Source: Felis catus
Taxonomy: Eukaryota
NCBI RefSeq assembly: GCF_018350175.1
Contig: NC_058381.1
Location: 1,674,001-1,738,000 of the forward strand
Length of the DNA: 64,000 bases
Reading direction: 5' to 3'
Position numbers and translations under genes: made by a program. Shown piece by piece: positions 27,322-40,489 of the stretch; position 1 is the stretch's first letter; every line of letters begins with the position of its first letter. A model generated the notes under the pieces. The model did no database searches. It saw only the letters and a program-made list of their open reading frames with translations, and was not told the origin of the DNA.

Positions 27322-30300
27322 TCACTCACTCTGGGGCCTCTGAAGCGCCACCCCTCCAGCCTTCTCCCCTCCCCCACCGCATTTGTCTCTTCCTGATGAT
27401 TCTGTCGGAGAGGGGGTGTCTCCCCACTCCTGCTGGTTCCTCGCACGAGGTCTGGAGTCTCCCTCTGCTCGGTTCCGCTCTACTCTCCCATCTCAGTCTA
27501 GCCCTTTCCCCTCGCCTCTTCGTCTTTCCCGGGTACCGCGACCCAGCTCCGCAGCCCTCTCCCGCCTTATTCTCCTCATCCTGGGTCAATGTGGGCCTTC
27601 TGCCTTGNNNNNNNNNNNNNNNNNNNNNNNNNNNNNNNNNNNNNNNNNNNNNNNNNNNNNNNNNNNNNNNNNNNNNNNNNNNNNNNNNNNNNNNNNNNNN
27701 NNNNNNNNNNNNNNNNNNNNNNNNNNNNNNNNNNNNNNNGTGGTGACCCTTGGTTCTTGGATCCCTGCTCTCCTTGTCCTGGTTCCAGATGCTCCCAGGG
27801 CTTTGGATCCGGCCCTTTTGCCCTGGGCCGTCACAGAGGTGTCAGAGGCCGCCCTGACAGAAGCCCTCTCTTCTGCTTCCCTCTAGAGAACAGCCACCAC
27901 CTGAAGATCTTTCTCCCCAAGAAGCTGCTGGAGTGTCTTCCTCGCTGTCCGCTGCTGCCTCCAGAGCGGCTTCGCTGGAATACAAATGAGGTTCTCCAGG
28001 GAGCTTGGGGGGAGGAGGACCTCGCAAGGCCTGGTGGGTTGGAGGAAGGCCAGTGGGGGTCTTCCTGTGTCCGTGCCCCTCATTGCACAGTATTGCTCTG
28101 AGCTCTTTGAGGGTCACGGAGGAGGTGTGAAGACCTGTGTCTCGTAGGAGCTTGCTTCTGGGCACGTCCACCTGGGTAAAAATAACAGTTACCACCTACC
28201 AAATCTTCCTTACAAACCTAGTACCGTGCTGACCTGTGTTATCTCATCCAGTCCTTGAATGACCCTGTGGGGCAGACACTGTCATCCCTGTGCTGTAGAC
28301 GAGGCAACTGGTCTACCTTGTGGGGTCTATTTGACCATAGAGCCTCTGCTGTTAATAAAACCGCCACCGGTGTTGGCTCTTTCTGGAGGCACGGCCCTCG
28401 TGTTACACCCCTTCTGCACTCCGCACACACAATACGTTGTGCTGTTTGATCATCACTGACTTAATTCATTAAACGAGGATCATCGGCAAGAACGTACGTG
28501 GGTGGTGATGTTAAAAGTGTGGGGAAGCTAAGGGCAGCGAGCAGGGCCTTTCGGAGAGGTGGGAAGGGATTTGGCCTATCGGGTGGCTAGGAGATCTAGG
28601 CACGTCCGGCCTATAGGATACTGACACGCGGGAGCTGACTGCTCAGGGCACGTTCAGAGGAGAGTCGATGGACCGGCCTGGTAGGAGTGGTAGATGGGAT
28701 ATAGGTAAACGGGGAGAGCAGTGACTTGATTCCTGGTCTGAGAGAACCTTGGAGCCGGGCTGAGGAATCCAGAATTCCTGGCCGTGTCGAGCCATTTAGG
28801 TTTCTTGAGTCAGGAGAAGACACGAAGATGGGTTTTAGAAAGAGCGAAGTAACAGGGCAGCATGAAGAGTTGATGATGAAGAGATCAGACTTGACCCCAA
28901 GGTCAAGGCCCCCATCGAGAGGAGGGAAGGAGAGGTTAGACTCTCGTCTGAGATGAAGCCCGGGGTTCTCGGGAGGTGGTGGTCCTGGCTGGGAGCAGAC
29001 GTGGGCGCCAGCCCGCCCTGGCCGCCGGAACTCAGGAGAGAGTGGGGCCGAGGGCCAGGAGTGGGAGGCCAGGCCGAGACTCTGCGGAGGGGACGCCCAC
29101 CTGAGCGCCCCCTGTCCTACAGGAGATTGCGTCCTATTTGATCACCTTTGAGAAGCATGACGAGTGGCTGTCCTGTGCCCCAAAGACAAGGTGAGGTTCG
29201 TGAGGTGGGGAGTGGCAGGGGGTCCCAGATCCTGTTTCCAGAACGCAGGGCCAACCCTTCCCTTCCCAGGCCTCAGAACGGCTCCATTATCCTCTACAAC
29301 CGCAAGAAGGTGAAGTACCGGAAGGATGGTTACCTCTGGAAGAAGCGCAAGGACGGGAAGACCACCCGCGAGGACCACATGAAGCTGAAAGTCCAGGGCA
29401 TGGAGGTGAGCCGGGTGCCAGCCATCCGTCCTCGGCCCGGTCCCAGCCGTGCTGGGGCCCGGTGACCTGTGTCCCCCTCCCTCCTGCCACCCTTCCCTTC
29501 TCACTCACGTGCCACGGCCCCCTCCCCGACCAGCTCTCTGGGATTAGGCTCCTGGGAGGGCATCAGCGCCCAAGCCCCTCGCTTCTCCTGGATTCCCTCG
29601 GGGGCCTGTGTCCTGGAGCCCTGAGCACAAGTCTCGGCGGCTCCTTTGCTGGGCTGTGCTCTCGCCCTGCCTCCCCATCTCCAGACAGCCCCTCCCCCGC
29701 CTCCAGTCTGGGCCTTGTCCGGGTGCTAGGACTGGGAAGGCGCATGGGGAGGCCCCCGGGGCAGGGGGCGGGGGGTGGGCTGGGGAAAGAGGAGCTGNNN
29801 NNNNNNNNNNNNNNNNNNNNNNNNNNNNNNNNNNNNNNNNNNNNNNNNNNNNNNNNNNNNNNNNNNNNNNNNNNNNNNNNNNNNNNNNNNNNNNNNNNNN
29901 NNNNNNNNNNNNNNNNNNNNNNNNNNNNNNNNNNNNNNNNNNNNNNNNNNNNNCTGCTCCAGGTGAGGCCGCGGGGCTCAGGGAGCTGGGGGCTGGGAAG
30001 AAGGGGGGTAGGGGGTGGAGAAAGTCACACGTCGGGGGGGGGGGGGCGGTGGCGGTGAGGCCGGGGGCACGCGGGAAGAAGGCCAGGACGAGGAAGCCGA
30101 TCCCCCCATGGACCCCATGGTGCTGTGTGTCTGCCTTGGGCTCCCAGAACCCTGACATCGTGCTTGTGCACTACCTGAACGTCCCAGCCCTGGAGGACTG
30201 CGGAAAGGGCTGCAGCCCCATGTTTTGCTCCATCAGCGGCGACCGTCGCGAGTGGCTGAAGTGGCCCCGGGAGGAGCTGCTGGGGCAGCTGAAGCCCATG

Positions 30301-33300
30301 TGTAAGGCCCGCGGGGGGCTAGGGCGGCACTGCTGGGGGCTGCTGGGGGCGTGCGGACGAGGGCCTCTACACCCAGAAGCCCCGGGAGCCCGGGAGGGTG
30401 CTTTTCCGAGGGGCCACCCGGACTCCCGCTGTGTCCTGAGGTCCTGGAACGCGGAGAGAGGGGGCCGAGGGACATTTGGGAGCTGCGTGTCCGAGCTGCT
30501 TTGAGGCAGCTGGCCAGAAGCCTCGGAGCGTATCAGGCACTTGGAGAAGCCGGCGGGGCGCTGTGGGGACGGTGTGCGAGCCCCATGGCACCCCCTCCCC
30601 GCGCCCCACCCCTACCCCCACAGTTCACGGCATCAAGTGGAGCTGTGGGAACGGCACAGAGGAGTTCTCCGTAGAGCAGCTGGTGCAGCAGATCCTGGAC
30701 AGCCACCCGACCAAGCCCGCACCCCGAACCCACGCCTGCCTCTGCAGTGGAGGCCTCGGTTAGTGACCCCTGGCCCCGGAGCTCCCCCCCACCAACCCGG
30801 CCACGGCCACGCCGCGCCTCCTCTGGCCGAGGGCTCCCCCGGCCTGCCAGGATTTGCATGAGGATTTGCATGTCTTTTGCACGTCCCAGAAAGCCGGGCC
30901 AGAGGAGCAGAGGCCTTCCCGGCTGGCTGCACACGGGCTCCTTTCCCCGGAGTTCCAGCAACCCTGGCTCCTTCTCTGTCTCCTACTCTTAGCAACTCTG
31001 GGCCACCCCAGCCCGGCAGTTGACACCTAGACGGTACCGCCTCGGTTCTGTTCCTCTTGTCCTGTTTCTGTGCCTTTACGAGTCTCTCTCAGCTACTCTT
31101 CTGCGGGCTCCTGCAGTCCTGTTAATTTGGGGAGAAGGGGCACCGCTTCTGCCTCCCAGTGGCCACAGTCGGTATTACATCTCGTACACCCGCAAAGGGC
31201 CAGGAAACGCCTGGAGGCTGCCGGTAAGGGAAGGTGGAGAATGAAGTGTCCTTTCCCTTTTCTCCTCCCACCCTTTTCCGCTGCAGGTTCCGGGAGCCTC
31301 ACCCACAAATGCAGCAGCACGAAACACCGCATCATCTCTCCCAAAGTGGAGCCCCGAGCTTTAACCCTGACCTCTGTCTCCCACCCCCACCCCCCTGAGC
31401 CTCCTCCGCTGATCGCCCCTCTTCCCCCAGAGCTCCCCAAGGCACATACTTCCCCTTCTTCTTCCTCCTCCTCTTCCTCCTCTTCCTCAGGCTTTGCGGA
31501 ACCCCTAGAGATCAGACCTAGCCCACCCACCTCTCGAGGGGCGTCATCCAGAGGAGGCACTGCAATCCTCCTCCTGACGGGACTGGAGCAGCGCACTGGG
31601 GGCTTGACGCCCACCAGGCACTTGGCCCCCCAGGCTGACCCCAGGCCTTCCGTGAGCTTGGCTGTGGTTGTAGGATCCGAGCCCCCTGCCCCACCAGCTC
31701 CTCCCAGCCCTGCTTTCGACCCCGATCGTTTTCTCAACAGCCCCCAGAGGGGCCAGACATACGGAGGGGGCCAGGGGGTGAGCCCGGACTTCCCCGAGGC
31801 AGAGGCCGCCCACACCCCCTGCCCTGCCCTAGAACCCGCTGCTGCCCTGGAGCCCCAGGTGGCTGCTCGGGGTCCCCCTCCACCGCCAGGAGCAGGTGGG
31901 AGAAGAGGAAACCGTTTCTTTATTCAAGATGACGGTAGCGGGGAGGAGCTCAAGGCCCAGGGGGCTGCCCCACCCGCACCTTCACCCCCTCCTTCGCCCC
32001 CACCTTCACCTGCCCCCTTGGAGCCAGCAGGCAGGGGAGGCAGAGGGGAGGCCTTGTTTGGAGGAGCTGCTGGGGCCAGCGAACTAGAGCCCTTCGGTCT
32101 CACGTCATTCCCTGACCTCATGGGAGAGCTCATCAGCGACGAGGCTCCAGGCGCCCCTGCCCCAGCCGCCCCGCTCTCTCCTGCTCTTAGCAGCATCACG
32201 GACTTCTCCCCAGAGTGGTCCTACCCGGAGGTGAGCCTCAGGCCTCGCTCCCCTATTTTTCCTACCCACGCCGCCACTTGGTTTCCCTTGGTTTGTGTGA
32301 CCGCTCACTTGTCCCACCCTATTTTCGCTGTCTCCCTAGTTAGCCCTCCCTCCTGCCTTCCCCCCTCTGCGGGCCAGGTGGCGTGGTGTGGGTCCCCCAG
32401 GTGCCTGGGGAACTTTGTCTTCTCGGTGACTGTGTCACAGGCAGGGCACTAGGGCGGCCCGGCCTGGAGAGAACATGACGGGGTGTGATGGCAGAGTCTG
32501 CCTTCAGCAGTGGAGAAGTCCCGGTCACTCTCAGCTGCCCCACAGAGGGGAAGGACCGTGGGAGCCTCAGGCAAGGGAAGCAGTGGGTTCTCCGATCTGG
32601 GCAGGAGCGTCGGGAGGAGGGACAGGCTAGCTGACCTCGCCCCGCTGCAGCCCGCCCAGTCCGTGTACCCGGAATCTAGCACAGGGCCCCGCCCTGCAGC
32701 ACTAGTGCCCTCGATGAATGGGTGCACGAGTGAGCACCCCACAGGGTTCCGGTCACACGGCGCCCGGCCTTCTCTCTGCAGGGTGGGGTCAAGGTGCTCA
32801 TCACAGGTCCCTGGACTGAGGCCGCCGAGCATTACTCCTGTGTCTTTGATCACATCGCGGTGCCAGGCTCACTCGTCCAGCCTGGCGTCTTGCGCTGCTA
32901 CTGTCCTGGTATGGGGACCAGGGATGGCACGGGGACTGGGGACGGCAGGATAGCACCTGGGCGGTTAGCTTCCAGGAAGTGCTGGGAACGACCCTGTCGG
33001 ATCTTGAGCCTGAGTCCTGTGTCCCCGCAATGGGCAGATGTTCCCCAGGCTCATGTGTCAGAAGGTCTAGGCTCTGGTCTGAGGAATCTAGTCCTCGGCT
33101 CACTGGTGGCCTCGGACAGGTCCGCTCCTTTCTTGGGTCCGTGGCCGCCCCTCCTTTGGGGGCAGGCATTTGCCCTGACGGGTCTCCAGTGTCCATCCAG
33201 GCCCTCTGGCTTGGTTAGAGTCAGTCTCTGGTTCCAATCCAGGGAGCATGAGAAGGGAGACACGTTGGTCTCCTCCAACCTGTCCTGGACCGAAGGACAT

Positions 33301-36300
33301 TGCCTTCTAGATCTGGGCTGTCCGGTATGGTAGCCATCAGCCACATGTGCCTGAGATTAATTAAAATGAAATAAAATATAAAATTCGGCTCCTGCCTCTC
33401 ACGAACCACATTTTGAGTGTTCAGTAGCCACACGTGGCTTAGCGCTCCCCCACTGGGCGGTACAGACACAGAACCTCTCCACCGAGGTGGTCCGTCTGCC
33501 ACCACCTTGCCTCCTTACCGTGCACCCAACAGTCAGCGTTACTGGGACCTCAAGGGCCACCAGAGTGACAGGATGACAGGTTTGCCGTCGGTGAATGTGT
33601 TCCCCCACCCCCACCCCGCAACAGCCTGGTTCAGCGTTGCATGGAAGGAAAAGAGAGATCAGAGAAGCTGGGATCAGGGGTGGTTTTGGCCTCTAGTCTT
33701 GGGACCCCGGCCTGGTGGCGTCGTTCTCGAGGCCACAGATGCGGAGAGCCTGGGACACAGCTCTCACTAGACACTGCTGGTGAGCAGTTACATCTTTTCC
33801 GCCAGCCTCATCATGGGCTCACGACCTCTGGACTCTGACCTTGGGGGATCAAACTTCTTTGTAAGCGTAGGTGTCTCCTGACCCTCAGCTTCCAGGCCTT
33901 GGTGCTGAATAAGAAGCATCTTCCCTGCAGAGTCTGCAGTCCCAGGTGTCTCTGGCCCATAGGAGGTTTTAAATTCCTGAATGAACAGAGTGGAGTCCCT
34001 TCCCCATCAGGACCAAGGCCACTTAAGCAAGGGTGGAGGGGAGCCGGCTATGAAATGATCATGTGTGGCCTTCACGTGGGGGCCAGAGAAGGAACCAGGG
34101 AGAGAGCCCATCTTGCTGACCCTGCCCTCCCCAGCCCATGAGGTGGGGCTGGTGTCTTTGCAGGTGGCGGGGCGGGAGGGGCCCCTTTCCGCCTCTGTGC
34201 TCTTTGAGTATCGAGCCCGCCGATTCCTGTCACTGCCTAGTACTCAGCTTGACTGGTTGTCTCTGGACGGTGAGTACTTAGCCCTCCGACCCCTTGGCAG
34301 GCCCCACAGCCTTTGAGGACATGCTCCAAACCCCTCAGGACTCCGGTGGCCACCGCCCAGCCCCCAGTTTACCCCCCTTTTCCCAACCCCTGCTTCATTG
34401 GTCATCTCTAAATGCAGCAGCCATTGCCCCCCCCCCCTCCAATCTCCTCTTCTCCGGAAACCTCGGAGCCGTCTCTGTCCCAGCTCTTGGCCTGTCCTCT
34501 GTCCCAAAGATGGGCTCTAGGCAGGCGAGGCCAAGAGGCGGGAGCAGGGACAGGGTGTGGGGCAGTGCATGTGGGGTGTCCACAAGCATATGTATGTACC
34601 TATATGTGTATTTAATTTCCTCCCTGAATTTTCTCTCTAGTTATGAAGATAGGTGGTTGCTGTAAGAAAGTTAGGAATAACAGAAAAGCATGCGGTAGAA
34701 AATGAAAATTGCTTGTAATGTTACCACTTGGTGACATTCGCCTTTAATGTACTTTCTTGCACGGACAGAAGCGCACATGCTCACGCATGTGTGTATCAAG
34801 TCTAGACCCACGTGTGTTCCTTATGGGTTATCCCTCCTGTGGCTTCCAGCTGTTTCCCTGTGGCACCTGCTTCTCCTGGTCCTGCAGGTGCCCCTCTCCC
34901 CCCACCCGGACTTCCTTCCCTCAGCGCCCTTGCCCCCCAGCCCCCATCTGCCTCACTCTTGGGGGCGGTCCCCCCACAGCCTGGCCTGCTCATGCGTTCC
35001 GCCGTGGCTGTTCCAGGCCTATGTGTTCCTGGCTCTCCTGTGGGGCTCCACCCTCCCCCTGCTCCTTGGACTAGTGTCCTGACTTGCCCCTCTTCTTCCC
35101 TTCCTCTTGCTTGTTCGGGGCACCCCTCCGCTCTCCCGCCCTTCCTCTCCTCTCCTCCACCCGGTTTACCCTCCTGCCCCCTCCCTTGTCTTTCTGTTCA
35201 TTCTCCACTCCCCACCCCCATCACCTCTTCCTTAGTCCCCCTTCTGTCCTGGCATCTCAAGTGGGACCTCCTCAACCTCCACCGTGTCTCTGTGCGTGTT
35301 TTCCCACGGCCCCGATCCCCTCCCGCCTCCCCTCCTTGTCCTTGTGTGATCTCAGGAGGGGACAGATATAGCTTGGGGTGTGTGCGCGCGCGTGTGTGTG
35401 CTTTGTGCACAGGGTGGGGGAGGAAGAGGAGGAATGGACGTGGCCGTCCGTCTCTGTCACCTTCCAGCCCTGCCACCCTCTTTGTGGACAGCTGCCGGGG
35501 GACTGGGAGGAGGGGGTGGTGCTTTTTAAATCACAGCCCTTGAGCTCTCTGGGCAGTGGATAAGAGAGAAGAGGGGCCCGGTGTCCTTCAGCCCCAGCAT
35601 GGGGGACAGAGGTAGCATCTGGGGCAAGGAGAGCTGACGGAATAGTGCGTCTAGAAGGCTGGGGGTGTGTGTGAGTGAGATCTGGGCCGGCTTGGGGCCG
35701 CAGGCTGTTTGGGAGCTCCCACCATGTCTGTGTCTCAAAGGACACAGTTCTGGTCCCCGGTCAGTGGGTAGTGTTGAAAGCCCCAGTTTAAGGCCTGCGT
35801 CCTGATGGACCGTATTTGGGGCGGGGAGGGTGGGGCAGAGGGGCCGTTGTTCTGGGGGAGAGGAAAGAACGTGAGTCTGCCTCTTCACCCCCAGAGCCTG
35901 GGACAGGCCCAGCTGTGTTCGGGGCATCACCCGGACCCTACCCACCGCTCAGCCTCCTCCCGTACCTCTTGCCCCTCAGACAACCAGTTCCGGATGTCCA
36001 TCCTGGAGCGGCTGGAGCAGATGGAGAAACGGATGGCCGACCTGGCAGCAGCCGGGCAGGCTCCCTGCCGCAGTCCTGCCGTGCCTCCGATTCAGGTACC
36101 TGTGTGAGGAGGGAGCTCGGGAGGGTCTTCCCGGAGGAGATGGCTCTCGTGTGTGGCTCTCCCGTCCCCGGCTTCCTCCTCCCTGACGTCACCCCACTCC
36201 GGCTCCACCGCGGGGCGGGAGTGGCTATTCTGGGCACCCTCTTGGCACGATGGGCTTCAGACTATTTCTGATCTGAAGAGGGTGGGGGGAGGGGGCCAGG

Positions 36301-39300
36301 AGAGCAGGGGCCCAAGTCTCCGAGGAAGCAGACGGGGAGAGGACTCTGGGCTCCGAGAGGGAGAAGCCGTCTGCGGGGGAGGAAGCTAACTGGGGGTGGG
36401 GGACACCCAGGACCCCAAACCAGGGACACGGATGGCCCAGAGAGCTCTGGGTGGCAGGAAAGCTGGTGCGGGAGGTGTGGGGAGGGCAGGACAGGAAGCG
36501 GAGAGGACAGGGGTGGGGTGGCCAGGGCCATCCTGAGCCAGGGGACCAGACGCTCGGGTCCCTGCACAAGGGTATCTGTACTGCAGGACGAAGGCCAGGG
36601 ACCTGGGTTCGAGGCCCGTGTGGTGGTTTTGGTAGAGAGCATGATCCCTCGCTCCACCTGGAGGGGTCCTGAACGTCTGGCCCACGGAAGCCCCTTCCGG
36701 GGCATGAGCCTCCTGCACCTGGCTGCCGCCCAGGGCTACGCCCGCCTCATCGAGACCCTGAGCCAGTGGCGGTGAGCAGGGCAGCGGGCAGGGGGACTGG
36801 GGCAGAAGTACCAGGGGACGGAGGAGGGACCAGAGGACCCGGAGCCCCACCAAGAGGGAAGGATCTGCACTCGTGACAGACTCTCAGCCCCTCACATTAT
36901 GCATCTCTGACCATCTTGCTGCACCGACCTCGGTGCTTCTGGACAGCCTGCCCTCCTCCCCCGTTCCTTTGCCCGCTTTTACCGACTGGGCTCGTGTCCC
37001 TGTCCCAAACCCTCCAGGAGCGTGGGGACAGGGAGCCTGGACTTAGAGCAAGAGGCTGACCCGCTCAACGTGGACCACTTCTCTTGCACCCCTCTGGTGA
37101 GCGTGCGTGGGGCGGCGCGGGCCAGGCGCGTGGCCGTGGGAAAGTGTCGAGGGACGCAGGGAAGGAGCCGGTGGAGCTGGGAACTGAAGACCCGGCCTGG
37201 GGAGGAAGGGCCCCGGGCCTCATGTCCACGCTCTCCACCCTCAGATGTGGGCCTGTGCCCTGGGACACCTGGAAGCCGCCGTGCTCCTCTTCCGCTGGAA
37301 CAGACAGGCGCTGAGCATTCCCGACTCACTGGGCCGGCTGCCCCTGTCCGTGGCACAGTCCCGGGGCCACGTGCGCCTCGCCCGCTGCCTGGAAGAGCTG
37401 CAGAGACAGGAAGCTTCGCTGGAGCCCCCACTTGCCCTGTCGCCCCCCTCCTCCAGCCCAGACACTGGTGAGGGTCGCCCCCGATCTAAGAGGCTGTGGG
37501 TGGGAGAGCGAGAGGAGGAGCAGGGAAGAGGAGAGGGGGGTGGGAAGAACAATCTGGGAGGGGTCATGGAGCTCCTGCTGCCCTTGCCTCTCCCCTGTCC
37601 TTGCAGGGCTGAGCGGGGTCTCGTCGCCCTCAGAGCTGTCGGATGGCACATTCTCTGTCACATCAGCTTATTCCAGCGCCCCGGACGGTAGTCCTCCCCC
37701 CGCTCCTCTGCCGGCCTCAGAGATTCCGATGGAAGAGACTGTTCCAGGCCAACTCTCCACTGGGGCCCCTGAGGCCCCCCTATTCCTCATGGACTGTGAA
37801 ACCACCAACTCCCAAAGGCCAGCACCCTCACCGCCTCCTCTCCCACCAACCACCGAAGGGGGGACTGCTCCTGAGGAAGCAGACGGCCCACTGGCCGTGG
37901 ACGTGATCCCGGTACACTGCTCGTGCTCGTGCTCACGGACGGTAAAGGCTAGAAATGGCACGGGGTGGGGGTTGGGGGGGCGGCAAGACTGAGCAGACGC
38001 TGATCATCCCATGAAGCAGAACCTGAGTCTGGCTTCAGTTTGGGAGGAAAGGGCCGTTCACCTTTATTTTGGGACGGGCAAAGCAACCCTCTGCTTAACT
38101 CCCGTCAGACCTTGTGACTCAGAAGTCATGAGGTGTCAGAGATCAAAAATTCTAGAGAACAGCCTCAGCTGGAGCTGGGCTGAGAGGTTACCTGCTGGTC
38201 CGTGCAGAGATGAGGTTTTGGGGGAAGCAGCCTGACGGAGGGAAGCGGGTGCCGTGTGGAGCAGAGGCTGACAAGCTGGCGCGTCTGGCAGAGATCTGGG
38301 GTGGGGACGAGGCTTGCACGGGACAAAAGTGAAGCAAGTCTTGAGACGGGAGTGAACAGAGGAAAGAATCTTCGAACCTAGCAGCGCACTTCTCTGCTAA
38401 GACCTGGGGAGGTACCCATCTTGGAGAGGCCAACGGACTAACTGGGTATCTAGTACTAGAAGCACAAAACGCTTAACGTCGGCAACGCGCCGGCTTCACA
38501 GCTAGAGCCATCTGGCAGGGTGTCCGGTAGGTGGCAGGCACCGAGCTCAGGGGGCTGGGGGCTGCAGGCACGGCCGAGCCCGTGGGGAGCACACGTTGGT
38601 CAGCTGGCATGAGGCCGGGGCCCAGCGGGCAGTTGGCCTGGAAGGACAGGTCCTTCATTTGTTCCACTCCTGCAACGCTGTTCGGAGGAGGTCCATCCCG
38701 TCCCGTTTTCCACGCCGTCTCAACACAGGGCCATAAACTCAAGTGGGAGCCTGGCAGCCATATGTAAATAGTGGCCGAGAAGGACTGGGGAGCAGGGACA
38801 GCCATCCCCGAGGCCTGTCTGGTGGTGAGGGGAATGACAAGACAGCAAGTGGACGATGGTGACGGCCTTGGCGGGGCAGGAATGTCTGGCGGCTGGGACT
38901 GCTCCCGACTCACCGAGCGTCTCCTCTGTGCAGGTGGACATGATCTCACTGGCCAAGCAGATCATTGAAGCCACACCGGAGCGGATTAAACGAGAGGACT
39001 TCACGGGGCTGCCCGAGGCTGGAGCACCAATGAGGGAGCGGACAGGGGCCCTGGGGCTCAGCGAGACCATGTCCTGGCTGGCCAGCTACCTGGAGAACGT
39101 GGACCATTTCCCCAGCTCAGCCCCGCCCAGGTGACCAGCTCAGGACAGCATGTCCAGATTCGTCAGGGCAAGCAGGGAGCGGGGAGGTCCTTCCCTGGAG
39201 CCAGTGCTCCGTTCTGGCCCGGGGCCCCAGCCCCCGAGGAAGAGACTGGTACCGGCTGAGGGGCTCTCAAGTCCCCCTCCGGGCTCTGTGGCTGGACACG

Positions 39301-40489
39301 CTTCACGGTGGGCCCCAGGACACCCCCTCTCCCTGTCCCTGCAGCGAACTGCCCTTCGAGCGTGGTCGCCTGGCCGTCCCTCCCGCCCCTTCCTGGGCAG
39401 AGTTTCTGTCCGCTTCTGCCAGCGGCAAGATGGAGAGCGACTTTGCCCTGCTAACGCTGTCGGATCACGAGCAGCGGGAGCTGTACGAGGCGGCTCGAGT
39501 CATCCAGACGGCCTTCCGGAAGTACAAGGTCAGAGGCCGGGGGTCCCGCGAGATGAATCACAGCAGCCCCAGGTCAGGGGACGCGGTGGGCTCCAGGCTG
39601 GAAGTCTGAGGCTTGGTTCTCGCAGGGCCGGAGGCTGAAGGAGCAGCAGGAGGTGGCGGCTGCAGTGATCCAGCGCTGCTACCGGAAGTACAAGCAGGTG
39701 AGCCCTTTCTCCCCTGAAAGCACGCCCCACCCCTGAGCGCCCAGAGCGCCGCGGGAGCCCTAACCCCCTTCTCTCTCCACAAGCTGACCTGGATCGCGCT
39801 CAAGGTATTAGGCATGAGGTCTGGGTGTGCGCTTGTCCCTGACGAGCCGGCCTCTCCACCAGCGTGTGGATTAGAGACCGGACCCCGCCGAACTTGGGGG
39901 CGAACCTCAGGGTGCTGGGGCTCTGTCCCTCCATTTCACCCCCTGTCCCCGCTCCCCGTCCCTGCAGTTTGCGCTGTACAAGAAGATGACCCAGGCGGCC
40001 ATCCTGATCCAGAGCAAGTTCCGGAGCTACTATGAGCAGAAGCGGTTTCAGCAGAGCCGCCGGGCGGCCGTGCTCATCCAGCAGCACTACCGCTCCTACC
40101 GCCGCCGGCCCGCAGGCAGCCTGCCCGCCCGCACCAGGTACGGCCCGCGGACCCCCTCCCCGCCTTCCCCTGCCTCCCCTGCCAGGGTCCAGGGGCTGGG
40201 GGCGGGGGCGCCGGCGGGCCACGTCTGCTCATCGCTCCTTTCTTCCAGCAGGGGCTCCTTTCTCACCAAGAAGCAGGACCAGGCAGCCCGGAAGATCATG
40301 AGATTCCTGCGGCGCTGCCGGCACAGGTACCCGCGTCCCGGGCCGCTCCCCGCGCGGCCACCTCCACCGCCCCCCGTCCCGTTCCCATCGGCCGGCATCC
40401 TGACCCACTCCCCATCTCCCCGCAGGATGAGGGAACTGAAGCAGAACCAGGAGCTGGAAGGGCTCCCCCAGCCCGGACTGGCCACCTGA
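26302..40489 (+). CDS. CAMTA2: Calmodulin-binding transcription activator 2 (CG-1, TIG, ankyrin, IQ), ~1200 aa. Exons: 26302-26338 (alternative start MAAAAVTRGTPG), exon 2 hidden in gap 27608-27739, 27887-27990, 29123-29190, 29270-29405, ~29891-29962 (mostly N), 30148-30301, 30624-30758, 31287-32230, 32782-32908, 34135-34269, 35980-36095, 36587-36771, 37018-37096, 37245-37467, 37607-37911, 38934-39130, 39345-39528, 39626-39697, 39784-39804 (microexon), 39968-40137, 40252-40326, 40426-40489
   Basis: CG-1 motif YNRKKVKYRKDGYLWKKRKDGKTTREDHMKLKV, TIG ITDFSPEWSYPEGGVKVLITGPW, ankyrin GMSLLHLAAAQGY, IQ motifs IQTAFRKYK / IQRCYRKYK / IQSKFRSYY, and C-terminus LEGLPQPGLAT*. Exon phases sum in frame. 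Confidence 0.96.
27290..27330. repeat. (CA)n / (CACT)n microsatellite
   Basis: Directly visible. Confidence 0.9.
33313..33490 (-). mobile_element. MER3-like hAT-Charlie DNA transposon fossil
   Basis: CTGGGCTGTCCGGTATGGTAGCCATCAGCCACATGTG...TTAATTAAAATGAAATAAAA...CAGTAGCCACACGTGGCT, an internally palindromic structure typical of MER3. Confidence 0.75.

Noticed and set aside
31093-31815. Antisense ORF with poly-Glu
   Set aside because: Mirror of the CAMTA2 poly-Ser (TCC/TCT) coding tract.
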